Assembly (NCBI GenBank): GCA_025060135.1
Contig: JANXCY010000002.1
Span: 42,623 to 106,622, forward strand
From: Anaerolineae bacterium
GTDB lineage: Bacteria > Chloroflexota > Anaerolineae > B4-G1 > DUEL01
DNA length: 64,000 bases
Direction of reading: 5' to 3'
Part shown: positions 27,841 to 37,119 of the stretch, one piece after another
How the letters are laid out: the number at the start of each line of letters is the position of its first letter
Numbering within the stretch: position 1 is the stretch's first letter
The notes under the pieces: model-generated
Database searches by the model: none
Seen by the model: only the letters and a program-made list of their open reading frames with translations
What the model was told of the DNA's origin: nothing
Program-made: the position numbers and the translations under genes

Positions 27841-28947
27841 ATGCGTCCCGCGACCTGCGCCCTGCAACCTGCGGCTTGCGACCTGCGCTCTGCGGCCTGC
27901 GACTTGCGACGCGCGTCCTGCTTCCTGCTCCTTGTATCCTGTTTCCTGCTTCCCCTTTCCGGCTGTATCCCTTCCGACTCCACTCCGGCAACAGGCCAGG
28001 CGACCTACATCCCGCCCACTTGGTTGCCGCTGGCAACGGCCACCCCATCCCCAACGGCGACACCGGCCCCGGCGCTGACACCGCTTCCCACTGCCACCCC
28101 GATGCCAACGGCCACCCCGATCCCAACGCCCACTTTCACCCCCCGGCCAACGGCGACGCCGACGCCGACGCCAACGCCCACTCCCATCTGCGCGGGTCTC
28201 TCCGGTCGGATCGAGGTCGGCTCCTATCCCAGCCGGGTCCTGGGCCGGGCTGCAACGTACCGGATTTATCTCCCTCCGGGCTACGACTCCTCGCCCGTGT
28301 CCTACCCGGTGCTCTATCTCCTCCACGGTTATCCATACAACGAGACCCACTGGGACCGGTTAGGGGTGGATGAAGCCGCCGAAGCGGGCATCTGCTCGGG
28401 GGCTTACCCGCCCTTCATCATCGTTATGCCCAACTGCGACCCGGCCCCGGATGGGATTTTCGTCCGCACCAGCGGCGGAGACCACTCAGTAGAAGGGTTG
28501 ATCGTGAACGAACTTATCCCCCACATCGACCAGACCTACCGGACGTGGGGCAGCCGGGAGGGACGGGCGATTGGGGGCATCTCCCGGGGCGGTGTCTGGT
28601 CGCTGGAGATCGCCTTCCGCCGTCCGGACCTCTTTGCCACGGTGGGTGCACACAGCCCAGCCCTCTCGGTCAACTATCCGTTGCCCGTCTACGATCCCTT
28701 TAACCTACTGACGCAACCGGCGGTGGCCTCCCTGCGCATCTGGCTGGATGCCGGGGATACGGACTGGGCCTGGGTGGGCACCGACCGGATGCATCGGGCA
28801 TTGGTGGAAAAGGGGATTCCCCATGAATACGCCGTGGGTGAAGGCGGCCACACCGATGATTACTGGTCGCGGATGATCCCGGCGTATCTGGCCTTCTACA
28901 CGGCCGCCTGGGTGGGCGAGTTGCCTACTCCCACACCTGGGCCGTGA
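27841..28947 (+). CDS. secreted lipoprotein esterase (putative esterase / enterochelin-esterase-like alpha/beta hydrolase) with PT-rich linker
   Basis: Lipobox LSGC, TPTPTPTP linker, LYLLHGY...GGISRGGVWSL esterase family motifs. Probable true start TTG at 27904 (M-RRASCFLLLVSCFLLPLSGC). Confidence 0.75.
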   Translation: MRPATCALQPAACDLRSAACDLRRASCFLLLVSCFLLPLSGCIPSDSTPATGQATYIPPTWLPLATATPSPTATPAPALTPLPTATPMPTATPIPTPTFTPRPTATPTPTPTPTPICAGLSGRIEVGSYPSRVLGRAATYRIYLPPGYDSSPVSYPVLYLLHGYPYNETHWDRLGVDEAAEAGICSGAYPPFIIVMPNCDPAPDGIFVRTSGGDHSVEGLIVNELIPHIDQTYRTWGSREGRAIGGISRGGVWSLEIAFRRPDLFATVGAHSPALSVNYPLPVYDPFNLLTQPAVASLRIWLDAGDTDWAWVGTDRMHRALVEKGIPHEYAVGEGGHTDDYWSRMIPAYLAFYTAAWVGELPTPTPGP

Positions 28948-30509
28948 TCCGAAAACACTATATACCATTCTCTGAACGGAGCAATGACACCCAGATGACC
29001 ACTCTACCTGTATCCCAATCTGCTCTTCCTGGCTATCGCCGGTTCTTCTTCCGGGGCCTGGTCCTCCACCCGATCTGGCGGATCATTATCTATCTGATCG
29101 TGATGGTGGTCGTGGAACTGGTCGCAGGCTTCACAATCGGGATTCTCTATGGCCTGGTGCTTTTCCTTACAGGAGCCAGTGCGCAGGAGGTCCTGGATGC
29201 CCTGACGGTCGGAATGGCTTCCAGCCCGCTACTGTTGATGGTGGGCATCTCCCGGCTGGTCATCGCGCTGGGGCTGGCCCTGCTGATGAGTCGTTTCCTG
29301 GATCGGGAGCCCATAGAGACCATGGGGCTGGAGCCGACTCGCGGCGGGAAGGATACGGCGGTCGGCCTGGCGTTGGGAGCGGGGACGATGGTGCTGATCG
29401 GAGCCGTCCTGCTGGCCCTGAACCCGCAGCCCTCCTGGCCGGGCCGGGGGGATGGGTGGAAGTTTCTGCTGGACGCGGTGGCCCTCCTTCCGGCCGCAGC
29501 GGCTGAGGAGATCGCCTTCCGGGGATACCTTCAGCGCGCCCTCACCACCTGGCGCGGCCCGATAGTCGGGGTCCTGGTTCCCTCCGTCCTTTTCGCCCTG
29601 TTTCACGCGCTGAACCCGAACGTCTCTCCCCTGGCGCTGGTCAACATCGCGCTGGCGGGAGCGGTCTTCGCAGTGGCGGCGGAGCGGACCGGCACCCTCT
29701 GGCTACCCATCGCCTACCACTACGCCTGGAACCTCACCCAGGGCCCGGTCCTGGGGCTTCCGGTGAGCGGGATGGCCTGGAATGGCCTGCTGGCGCTGCC
29801 AGTGGGCGGCCCTTCCTGGCTCACCGGAGGTGCCTTCGGGCCAGAGGGAGGACTGCTCTCCACTGCGGTTCTGGCCCTTAGTCTGCTTCCACTCTGGGCC
29901 CTGACCCGCTGCCCGGCCAGCCTATCCGGGGTGGCCCGCCGTCAGCGCGCGCAGGCGGAACGGGAGGGCGCTCTCCCCTTCCAGCACCACACCCTCACTG
30001 TCTCGGCCCCATTTTTTGACGACTTTGTCTGCTCCCTCCGTCATCGGGCCCGACAGGGAGAGGTCGTCCTGCTCCTGCGCCGACCGGACGGCCAGGTCCT
30101 TCTGCACAGCAAGTCCTTTTATCCGGCGGGGGTGTTCCGCCTACCCAGCGGAGGGGTGCTCCCTGGCGAATCGGTACTGGACGCGGCCCGGCGGGAAGCA
30201 CAGGAGGAAACCGGGCTGGACCTGCGGGATCCCCGTCCGCTGGGCCTGCTCAGCGTTACCTTCCAGCGAGGCTGGAATCGCCGCTACTTCCACTCTTGGC
30301 TGGTCCTGGCCGATGTGGAAGGAGATCCCCGGCCCGGTGATTCCGGGGAACAGATCAGCGGCTTCCGCTGGGTGCCACCGGAGGCGCTGGCGGAAGTGGC
30401 GGCCCAGTTGCGGGCCCTACCTTCCAGATGGGCGGACTGGGGCCGCTTCCGTGCCCTGGCCCACGAGGTCGCCCTTCGCTGGATAGGAACGGAAATCGCC
30501 ACGAATTAA
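28944..30509 (+). CDS. fusion protein: CPBP-family intramembrane metalloprotease (CAAX protease/Abi) + C-terminal NUDIX hydrolase
   Basis: CPBP motifs EEIAFRGYLQ, FALFHALNP, HYAWNL in a multi-TM N-half. Nudix box GGVLPGESVLDAARREAQEETGL in the C-terminal 150 aa. Confidence 0.75.
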   Translation: MIRKHYIPFSERSNDTQMTTLPVSQSALPGYRRFFFRGLVLHPIWRIIIYLIVMVVVELVAGFTIGILYGLVLFLTGASAQEVLDALTVGMASSPLLLMVGISRLVIALGLALLMSRFLDREPIETMGLEPTRGGKDTAVGLALGAGTMVLIGAVLLALNPQPSWPGRGDGWKFLLDAVALLPAAAAEEIAFRGYLQRALTTWRGPIVGVLVPSVLFALFHALNPNVSPLALVNIALAGAVFAVAAERTGTLWLPIAYHYAWNLTQGPVLGLPVSGMAWNGLLALPVGGPSWLTGGAFGPEGGLLSTAVLALSLLPLWALTRCPASLSGVARRQRAQAEREGALPFQHHTLTVSAPFFDDFVCSLRHRARQGEVVLLLRRPDGQVLLHSKSFYPAGVFRLPSGGVLPGESVLDAARREAQEETGLDLRDPRPLGLLSVTFQRGWNRRYFHSWLVLADVEGDPRPGDSGEQISGFRWVPPEALAEVAAQLRALPSRWADWGRFRALAHEVALRWIGTEIATN

Positions 30510-30537
30510 AACGAATTCCACGAATTTTTGGGCAACC

Positions 30538-32298
30538 ATGAGCATGACCAACGGATTGGTGCGACCGTCCTCTCCACGCCAGACCGCTCAGGCCACCTTT
30601 CCGGACGGGCGGACATGGGAGGCGCCGGTCGGGACGCCGGTGGAGGCCTACATACGCGCTGCCTATCCCGACCATCCCGTCCCTATCATTGCCGCGCTGG
30701 TAGATGGAGAACTGCGAGAATTAACCTACCCGCTCCAACGGGATGCTTGCGTGATCCCGATCTTCCTTTCCGATTCGGACGGAGTGCGTATTTATCGGCG
30801 CTCCCTTTCCTTCCTGCTGGTTACTGCGGTCTCTGAACTCTTTCCGGAGGCCCAAGTGGTCATAGACTACTCCGTCCCCTTCGGTGGATTCTACTGCCGG
30901 GTACTGAACCGCGATCCCTTCTCGGCAGAAGAATTGGGAAAGATTGAAGCCCATATGCGGCGCATAGTGGAAGAGGATGTACCCATCTGTAAGGAGCGGG
31001 TGCCGGTGGAAGACGCCCTGGCCCTCTTCGAGGCGCGCGGCCAGCAGGATAAGGTACGACTCTTCTCCCGCCGCCGGAAAGACTACCTCATCCTCTATCG
31101 CCTGCGGGCCTATCGGGACTACTTTCATGGGTACATGGTGCCTTCTACAGGATACCTGAAATACTTCGCCCTCCATCCTGCGTTGCCCGGATTCATCCTC
31201 CAGTATCCCCGGCGCCACTGGCCCACCCAACTGCTTCCCTATACCGATTCCCCCCGCTTGCGCGCCGTTTTCCAGGAATACGGAGAATGGCTGCGATTGC
31301 TGGGTGTGGAGGACGTGGGAAGCCTTAACGATGCCATTGAGCGGGGGCGCATCCAGGAGATTATCCTGGTTTCTGAAGCCCTGCACGAGGAGCGTATTGC
31401 CCAAATTGCCCACGACATCGCCGACCAGCATCATCGGGTCCGGCTGGTGCTCATCGCTGGGCCCTCCGCTTCGGGTAAGACGACCTTCTCTAAGCGGCTC
31501 TCCATCCAGTTGCTGGCTCATGGCATCCAGCCGTTTCCGATTGCCTTGGACGACTATTTCGTGGACCGAGAGAAGACCCCCCGAGATGAGCAGGGGCAAT
31601 ATGACTTTGAGGCGTTGGAGGCGCTGGACCTGGCCCTCTTCAACCAGCAATTGCTGGCCCTGATGGACGGACAGGAGGTTACCCTGCCCCGATTTAATTT
31701 CCACACCGGTACCCGCCAGAAAGGGCCTACCGTGCGGCTGACGGCTGACCATGTTATCATCGTGGAGGGCATTCACGGATTAAACCCCAACCTGGTGCCG
31801 ATGGTCCCGCCGGAGCGGATTTTCCGCATCTACGTCTCGGCACTCACCCAACTGAACCTGGACCGGCATAACCGGGTGCCGACGACGGACACCCGCCTGA
31901 TCCGACGCATCGTGCGAGATGCCATGTACCGGGGGTACACTGCCGAGGAGACACTGGATCGATGGGAAAGCGTACGGCGGGGGGAGCAGCGGCACATCTT
32001 CCCCTACCAAGAAAACGCCGACGTGATGTTCAACTCCGCGCTGGTCTACGAACTGGCGGTACTGAAGCCGCTGGTAGAGCCTCTCCTGCGGCAGGTGGAG
32101 ACCCCCGGCCCGCGTCGGGTAGAAGCGAAGCGGCTGCTGGCTTTTCTGGAGTGGTTCACCTCCTGCCCTCCAGACATGGTGCCCGATAACTCCATCCTGC
32201 GGGAATTCATTGGCGGCTCCATTCTGCAGGATTACTTACCGATAGGAGTGCGCGAGAAACCAGACCCAGTCGTTATCTCGCGGTGCACAGGCTGTTAA
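30538..32298 (+). CDS. uridine-kinase/phosphoribulokinase-family nucleoside kinase with N-terminal ThrRS-like TGS domains
   Basis: N-terminal TGS-like region. P-loop GPSASGKTTFSKRL and PRK/UDK-family C-half. Confidence 0.7.
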   Translation: MSMTNGLVRPSSPRQTAQATFPDGRTWEAPVGTPVEAYIRAAYPDHPVPIIAALVDGELRELTYPLQRDACVIPIFLSDSDGVRIYRRSLSFLLVTAVSELFPEAQVVIDYSVPFGGFYCRVLNRDPFSAEELGKIEAHMRRIVEEDVPICKERVPVEDALALFEARGQQDKVRLFSRRRKDYLILYRLRAYRDYFHGYMVPSTGYLKYFALHPALPGFILQYPRRHWPTQLLPYTDSPRLRAVFQEYGEWLRLLGVEDVGSLNDAIERGRIQEIILVSEALHEERIAQIAHDIADQHHRVRLVLIAGPSASGKTTFSKRLSIQLLAHGIQPFPIALDDYFVDREKTPRDEQGQYDFEALEALDLALFNQQLLALMDGQEVTLPRFNFHTGTRQKGPTVRLTADHVIIVEGIHGLNPNLVPMVPPERIFRIYVSALTQLNLDRHNRVPTTDTRLIRRIVRDAMYRGYTAEETLDRWESVRRGEQRHIFPYQENADVMFNSALVYELAVLKPLVEPLLRQVETPGPRRVEAKRLLAFLEWFTSCPPDMVPDNSILREFIGGSILQDYLPIGVREKPDPVVISRCTGC

Positions 32299-32367
32299 CC
32301 TGCATATGCTTCCCCATCATTATCATTATCTTGCAATGCGCAGGCTGTTGGTCTGCATACCCTTCCC
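32285..32367 (+). repeat. two imperfect 30-bp direct repeats (gcRcaggctgttRRYctgcataYSCttcccc) spanning the stop of the kinase gene and upstream of the sugar operon promoter
   Basis: Copies at 32285-32315 and 32338-32367 compared by eye. Confidence 0.45.
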
Positions 32368-32448
32368 ACCTCCCAGAAATTAGCGGCATGGATTCGGAGA
32401 GAGCAACTCCCTCCATGGCCGATTCGCCCGGGCGATGGACTTGCATGC

Positions 32449-32476
32449 TTGACAATGATTGCGAAGGGATTATAAT
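32449..32476 (+). promoter_or_regulatory. consensus sigma70-type promoter (TTGACA-16-TATAAT) plus AGGAGG RBS for the second sugar ABC operon
   Basis: ttgaca atgattgcgaagggat tataat. RBS taaggaggcccc before ATG 32542. Confidence 0.6.
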
Positions 32477-32541
32477 AAAGAATGCCTGCACTGGCAGGCG
32501 GATCATTGTTGGCCCTTTCAATGACTCCATAAGGAGGCCCC

Positions 32542-33900
32542 ATGAAGAAAATGACCCCCCTGTACTCCATGCTGCTGGTGCTGATTTTGCTCCTCAGCGC
32601 CTGCGGCCCGGCCCGGACGCCGACTGCTCCTGCGCCCGCTGTCACAATCGTGGTGGTAACTGCCACACCGGCTCCTGAACCCAAGAAACTGGAAATCTTC
32701 CACTGGTGGACCGCGGGCGGTGAGCGGGAAGCGGCCGACGCCATGTTCAAGGCCTTCAAGGACAAGATGCCGGACGTGGAGATCGTGGAGAACCCGGTTG
32801 CGGGCGGCGGTGGCGTGAGCCACCGGGTCGTCCTCCAGGCTCGGCTCTCCGCTGGCCTCCCCCCGGACACCTGGCAGACCCTGGGCGGCGCCGAACTGAA
32901 GTCCTACGTGGACGGCGGCTACCTGGAACCGCTGGATGACCTGTGGGCGGAGTTGAACTACGCCGCGGTCATCCCGGGCCCGCTGGCTAAAGCCGTAACC
33001 ATCAATGGGCACCCCTACGTTGTCCCCCTGAACATGCACATCCAGAACATCCTCTACTACAACAAAGCCCTGTTTGATGAACTGGGCCTGCAACCGCCGG
33101 CCACTTACGACGAGTTGATCGCGGTCGCCAAGGCGATCAAGGAAGCCCGGCCCGAGATGAGCCCGCTGGCCCTGGGTACCAAAGAGAAATGGGAAGCGGC
33201 CTTCGTCTTTGACAGCATCCTCCTGGAGGTGGGAGGCCCCGAACACTACGTCAAAGTCTACAAAGGCGAAGTGGACGTGAAGAATGACCCCGCCTATAAG
33301 GAGGCGCTGCAAAAACTGGAGGCGCTGATTCCCTACATCTATCCCTACCATGCTGGCCTGACCTGGGATGAGTCCTGCGGCCTGGTCGTCGCTGGCGATG
33401 CGGCGATGGTGCTGATGGGGACCTGGGCCATCGGCTACTTCCAAAGCCGGGGCTGGACGCCAGGTAAGGAGTTCAGCGCGGTAACCTTCCCCCAGAAACC
33501 CGAGCGTATCCTCCTCTTCCACCCGGATACCTACGGCCTGGCGAAGGGCGCGCCCCATCCGAAGACCACGATAGAATGGCTGAAGGTCGTGGCCTCGCCG
33601 GAACTCCAGATTCCCACCGACGTTACCCAGGGCGGTCTGTTTGCCCGGATCGATATTGACCCGGCCAACTTCCCCGATCCCATCCGGCGGGAACTCCAGA
33701 CCTACGTCCGGAACAACCCGGACAAACTGATCCTGGACCAGCACGGGAGCATTGCGCCCTTCAGTTTCACCCAGGCCTACTGGGATGTGATTGCCGCGTT
33801 CATCGCCCAGCCCAATGTGGACGGGACCCTCTCCTCGGTGGCGGACCTGCTGACCACCTACAACGTGAAAGCAGAGGCGGCCTGGTATCAGTGGCCGTAG
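32542..33900 (+). CDS. sugar ABC transporter substrate-binding lipoprotein (family 1)
   Basis: Signal MKKMTPLYSMLLVLILLLSAC and a family-1 SBP-like sequence. Confidence 0.8.
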   Translation: MKKMTPLYSMLLVLILLLSACGPARTPTAPAPAVTIVVVTATPAPEPKKLEIFHWWTAGGEREAADAMFKAFKDKMPDVEIVENPVAGGGGVSHRVVLQARLSAGLPPDTWQTLGGAELKSYVDGGYLEPLDDLWAELNYAAVIPGPLAKAVTINGHPYVVPLNMHIQNILYYNKALFDELGLQPPATYDELIAVAKAIKEARPEMSPLALGTKEKWEAAFVFDSILLEVGGPEHYVKVYKGEVDVKNDPAYKEALQKLEALIPYIYPYHAGLTWDESCGLVVAGDAAMVLMGTWAIGYFQSRGWTPGKEFSAVTFPQKPERILLFHPDTYGLAKGAPHPKTTIEWLKVVASPELQIPTDVTQGGLFARIDIDPANFPDPIRRELQTYVRNNPDKLILDQHGSIAPFSFTQAYWDVIAAFIAQPNVDGTLSSVADLLTTYNVKAEAAWYQWP

Positions 33901-33990
33901 TCTGCCGACCGTCGGGAGCCCCAACCCGATGATGTGGCGTTGGACTGCCAGTGCAGGCCGCTGACATGAAGCGGGGGTATTTGCGGAGAA

Positions 33991-34950
33991 ATGACCGCAA
34001 ATACCCCCTTTCCTTCATTAGTTAATCGGAACATCCCCATGAACCGAAAGCCGCGACGCACTTTCCGGCAACGCCTCTTCACAGTGCTGGAATCCTTGCC
34101 CTTCCTGGCCCCTCTGCTGATTTTCCTGGCGATCCTCTACGGTATGCTCGCCTGGACCCTTTATGTCTCCATGGCCAACTGGGTCGGGACGGCGCCCAAT
34201 TATGAATTCGTCGGGCTGAAGTGGTACCAGATGATGTTCCGCCTGGACCGCTTCCGGGTGGATATGACCAACAATGTCAAGTGGCTCTCCCTGGGAGTAC
34301 TGCCCACCGTGGCTCTGGCACTGTTTCTGGCCTATATGCTGGAAATCGGCTCGGTGAAGCGAATTGAGGGCTACGTACGAACGCTCATTCTCTACCCGGT
34401 TGCCATGTCCTTTGTCGTCACCGGGACCATCTGGTCGTGGATGTACCAGCCGGATAAAGGGGTGCTCAACACCATCCTGCGCGCGATCGGGCTGACGGAA
34501 CTGATAGGACGGTATACTACGAATCCCGCTACGGCTACCTACTGGCTGATTCTGATCTTTATCTGGCAGTATCTGGGATTCGCCGTGATTATTCTGCAAT
34601 CTTCCTTCCGAACGACCGAACTACAGGAGATGGTGGAAGCCGCCATTGTGGATGGGGCTTCCAAATTGCGTATCCTTTTTTCGGTCATCGTCCCCAATAT
34701 CCGGGGCGGTATTCTCATCCTGATCTCGCTCCTCCTGATTTCGGCGCTGAAAGTGTTTGACATCGTCTACGTAGTTACCTTTGGCGGCCCCGGCTACTCT
34801 ACCGACGTGCTGGCTCTCTTTATGTTCATCGCCACCTTCCAGCAGCATCTGGTTGCACTGGGGGCCGGGCTGGGGATGATCATCTTCTTGATGGCTCTGG
34901 TGATCGTCATTCCCTACACCATCTACGCTTTCCGGAAGTGGTTTGAATGA
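33991..34950 (+). CDS. sugar ABC transporter permease
   Basis: MalF-type TM permease with EAA loop (VEAAIVDGASKLRILFSVIVPN). Possible start at 34036. Confidence 0.85.
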   Translation: MTANTPFPSLVNRNIPMNRKPRRTFRQRLFTVLESLPFLAPLLIFLAILYGMLAWTLYVSMANWVGTAPNYEFVGLKWYQMMFRLDRFRVDMTNNVKWLSLGVLPTVALALFLAYMLEIGSVKRIEGYVRTLILYPVAMSFVVTGTIWSWMYQPDKGVLNTILRAIGLTELIGRYTTNPATATYWLILIFIWQYLGFAVIILQSSFRTTELQEMVEAAIVDGASKLRILFSVIVPNIRGGILILISLLLISALKVFDIVYVVTFGGPGYSTDVLALFMFIATFQQHLVALGAGLGMIIFLMALVIVIPYTIYAFRKWFE

Positions 34951-35771
34951 GGATCCGAGGCCTTTCCACCCAACTCATTGTCCTGTTGGTTACCCTGGTG
35001 CTGACCGGGGTATATGTTCTGCCCATTTACGTGATGGTGATGACCTCCCTGAAGACACCGGTGGAGATCAGCCAACGGGCCTACCTGATCCCGACCCGGA
35101 ATCTGCAATTTCAGAACTACGCGGAGGCCTTCCGGCTGATTTATCCCTCCCTGATCAACTCCTCCATCATTTCTTTCGCTGTTACCCTTCTGGCCGTGTT
35201 CTTCGGGGGACTGGGGGGATACTATCTGAGCCGCTCCCGTTCCCCATTTGTCCGGGTCTTGTTCATCCTGGTGGGCGTGGCTCTTTACCTGCCCTATCAG
35301 GTCATCCTGATCCCGTTGGTCCAGTTGATGGCGAAGACCCGTCTGGCGTTGACCTACGCGGGCCTGATTGTGAGTTATTTGATCCTGAACGTCCCGCTGG
35401 CGTCCGTGTTAATGGGGACTTTCTTTCTCTCCATCCCGCGAGAATTGGAGGAGGCGGCCCAGGTGGACGGAGCCAACCGGCTGCAACTCTTTTTCCGGGT
35501 GGTCTCCCCGATCTCCCTGCCGGCCTATGCTTCCACGGCCATCATTGTCTTCACACAGGTCTGGAACGAATTCCTGCTGGCCTTGACGCTTTCCACGCCA
35601 GCCACGACAACCATCCAGGTCAAATTGGCCGAGGTAAAAGGGAGTTTCGTGGCCCTTTACAACATCCAGATGGCCTCTGCGCTGATTGGAGTCCTGATTC
35701 CCCTGTCCTTCTTCCTGTTCCTCGGACGCTATTTCATCCGGGGCGTTCTGGCGGGGGCCCTGAAGGGATAA
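34947..35771 (+). CDS. sugar ABC transporter permease
   Basis: MalG-type permease (LEEAAQVDGANRLQLFFRVVSP). Confidence 0.85.
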   Translation: MRIRGLSTQLIVLLVTLVLTGVYVLPIYVMVMTSLKTPVEISQRAYLIPTRNLQFQNYAEAFRLIYPSLINSSIISFAVTLLAVFFGGLGGYYLSRSRSPFVRVLFILVGVALYLPYQVILIPLVQLMAKTRLALTYAGLIVSYLILNVPLASVLMGTFFLSIPRELEEAAQVDGANRLQLFFRVVSPISLPAYASTAIIVFTQVWNEFLLALTLSTPATTTIQVKLAEVKGSFVALYNIQMASALIGVLIPLSFFLFLGRYFIRGVLAGALKG

Positions 35772-35823
35772 CCGCCGGTGATATGGGGAAAGCGAAGGGG
35801 GTAGTGGCGGGATCAATCCTGCG

Positions 35824-37119
35824 CTACCACCTGCTCGGGTCTATGTGTCTGCCAATCGGGCTCTCCGCCACCGCCTCCAGAAATGCCTCCGGAGGCACCA
35901 CGCCGGTCGCCCGCAGGATGGTCAGCAGGGCATAGAGGGCGGCGTTACGCGCGCCGGCCCGTCCGCGAAAATCGGTTATCCGGACCTCCGCGCCTGTCTC
36001 CGGCACCGGCAGAGACGCGTCCAGCCAGAGGATGCCGCCCCGCATTTGGTCAATCCGCTTCCGTTGATTCTCCAGCCCATCCGCCGAGGTTACCACCATC
36101 ACATCGGGTTCGGAGACGCCGTGGTAGAAAATAGGGCTCCGGGAAAGGACGATTTCGGCCGTGGAGAACCCCACGCCTACGGTAACCGGATACATGCTCT
36201 TCTTGGTAGCATAAAGGCCCGCAGCGATGGCCGCTTGAGCCAGCAGTTCCGCCGCCTGCTGCACGCCTTCTCCGGCTGAGCCGGCCAGGATCAGGGTCAT
36301 CCGGCCTGCCAGGGGAGACGAATGCTTCGGGAGGACCGGAGGCATATCCAGCAAAGACGCCGTCTCCCGGCGGGCGGGGCGAAAGGCGGGACGGGTGGGG
36401 CCCGTCCAGACCCCCGGTTCATAGCCGGTCTCCCGGGCCAGTTCTCTCAACCGGGGGCCCGGGTTCGCCCCTCCCAACCCGGTCTGGGCATCCGGCCTCA
36501 GCCCCAGGTCCGGGTTCATCTTCACGCCGTAACTGACGCAGATTTCCAGTACCTCCACCAGCGCGAAGCCCTCCACCTCCAGCGCCTGGCGCAGGACGTC
36601 GGAAAAGTCGCCCAGGCCGACGACGCGGGCCGCGAAGGGCGCGCCCGCATCCAGCACCAGCCGGGGCAGGTCGTGGTGGGGGAGAGGGTAGCCCTGGGGG
36701 GTAAGAACGGTCCGGAAGCCGGTGGGGGTCAGGCCGCTGGGTTGCCCGCCCGTCATCCCGTAGAGCATGTTGTTGTGGACGACGACGGTCAGGTCCACAT
36801 TCATCCGGGCCGCCTCCAGGATGTGCTGGAGGCCAATGGTGGCGCCCCCGTCGCCGATGTAGACGATGACCTTCTTCTCCGGCGGGAGGCCCATGGCGAT
36901 GCCCGCCGCCAGCGCGACGGACCGTCCGTGGAGGCCGTGGACGGTGTGGGTGGCGAAGTTCCCGTCCACAATGCCATGACAGCCGATGTCGGTGACCAGC
37001 ACCACGTCCAGTGGGGAGGCGCCCAGTGCCTCCAGCGCCTTCACGGTGTTGCGAACGATGAGGTGGTGCCCACAGCCCTTACAGTACGGGAGTTCGGGTT
37101 TGATCAGGAAGCGGCTCAT
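35824..37119 (-). CDS. korB: 2-oxoacid:ferredoxin oxidoreductase beta subunit (TPP-binding) fused to gamma subunit
   Basis: N-terminal CKGCGHH and GDGG TPP motif (beta). The C-terminal about 150 aa match the gamma-subunit family (ILAGSAGEGVQ..., VVTSADGLEN). Confidence 0.8.
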   Translation of the reverse strand: MSRFLIKPELPYCKGCGHHLIVRNTVKALEALGASPLDVVLVTDIGCHGIVDGNFATHTVHGLHGRSVALAAGIAMGLPPEKKVIVYIGDGGATIGLQHILEAARMNVDLTVVVHNNMLYGMTGGQPSGLTPTGFRTVLTPQGYPLPHHDLPRLVLDAGAPFAARVVGLGDFSDVLRQALEVEGFALVEVLEICVSYGVKMNPDLGLRPDAQTGLGGANPGPRLRELARETGYEPGVWTGPTRPAFRPARRETASLLDMPPVLPKHSSPLAGRMTLILAGSAGEGVQQAAELLAQAAIAAGLYATKKSMYPVTVGVGFSTAEIVLSRSPIFYHGVSEPDVMVVTSADGLENQRKRIDQMRGGILWLDASLPVPETGAEVRITDFRGRAGARNAALYALLTILRATGVVPPEAFLEAVAESPIGRHIDPSRW

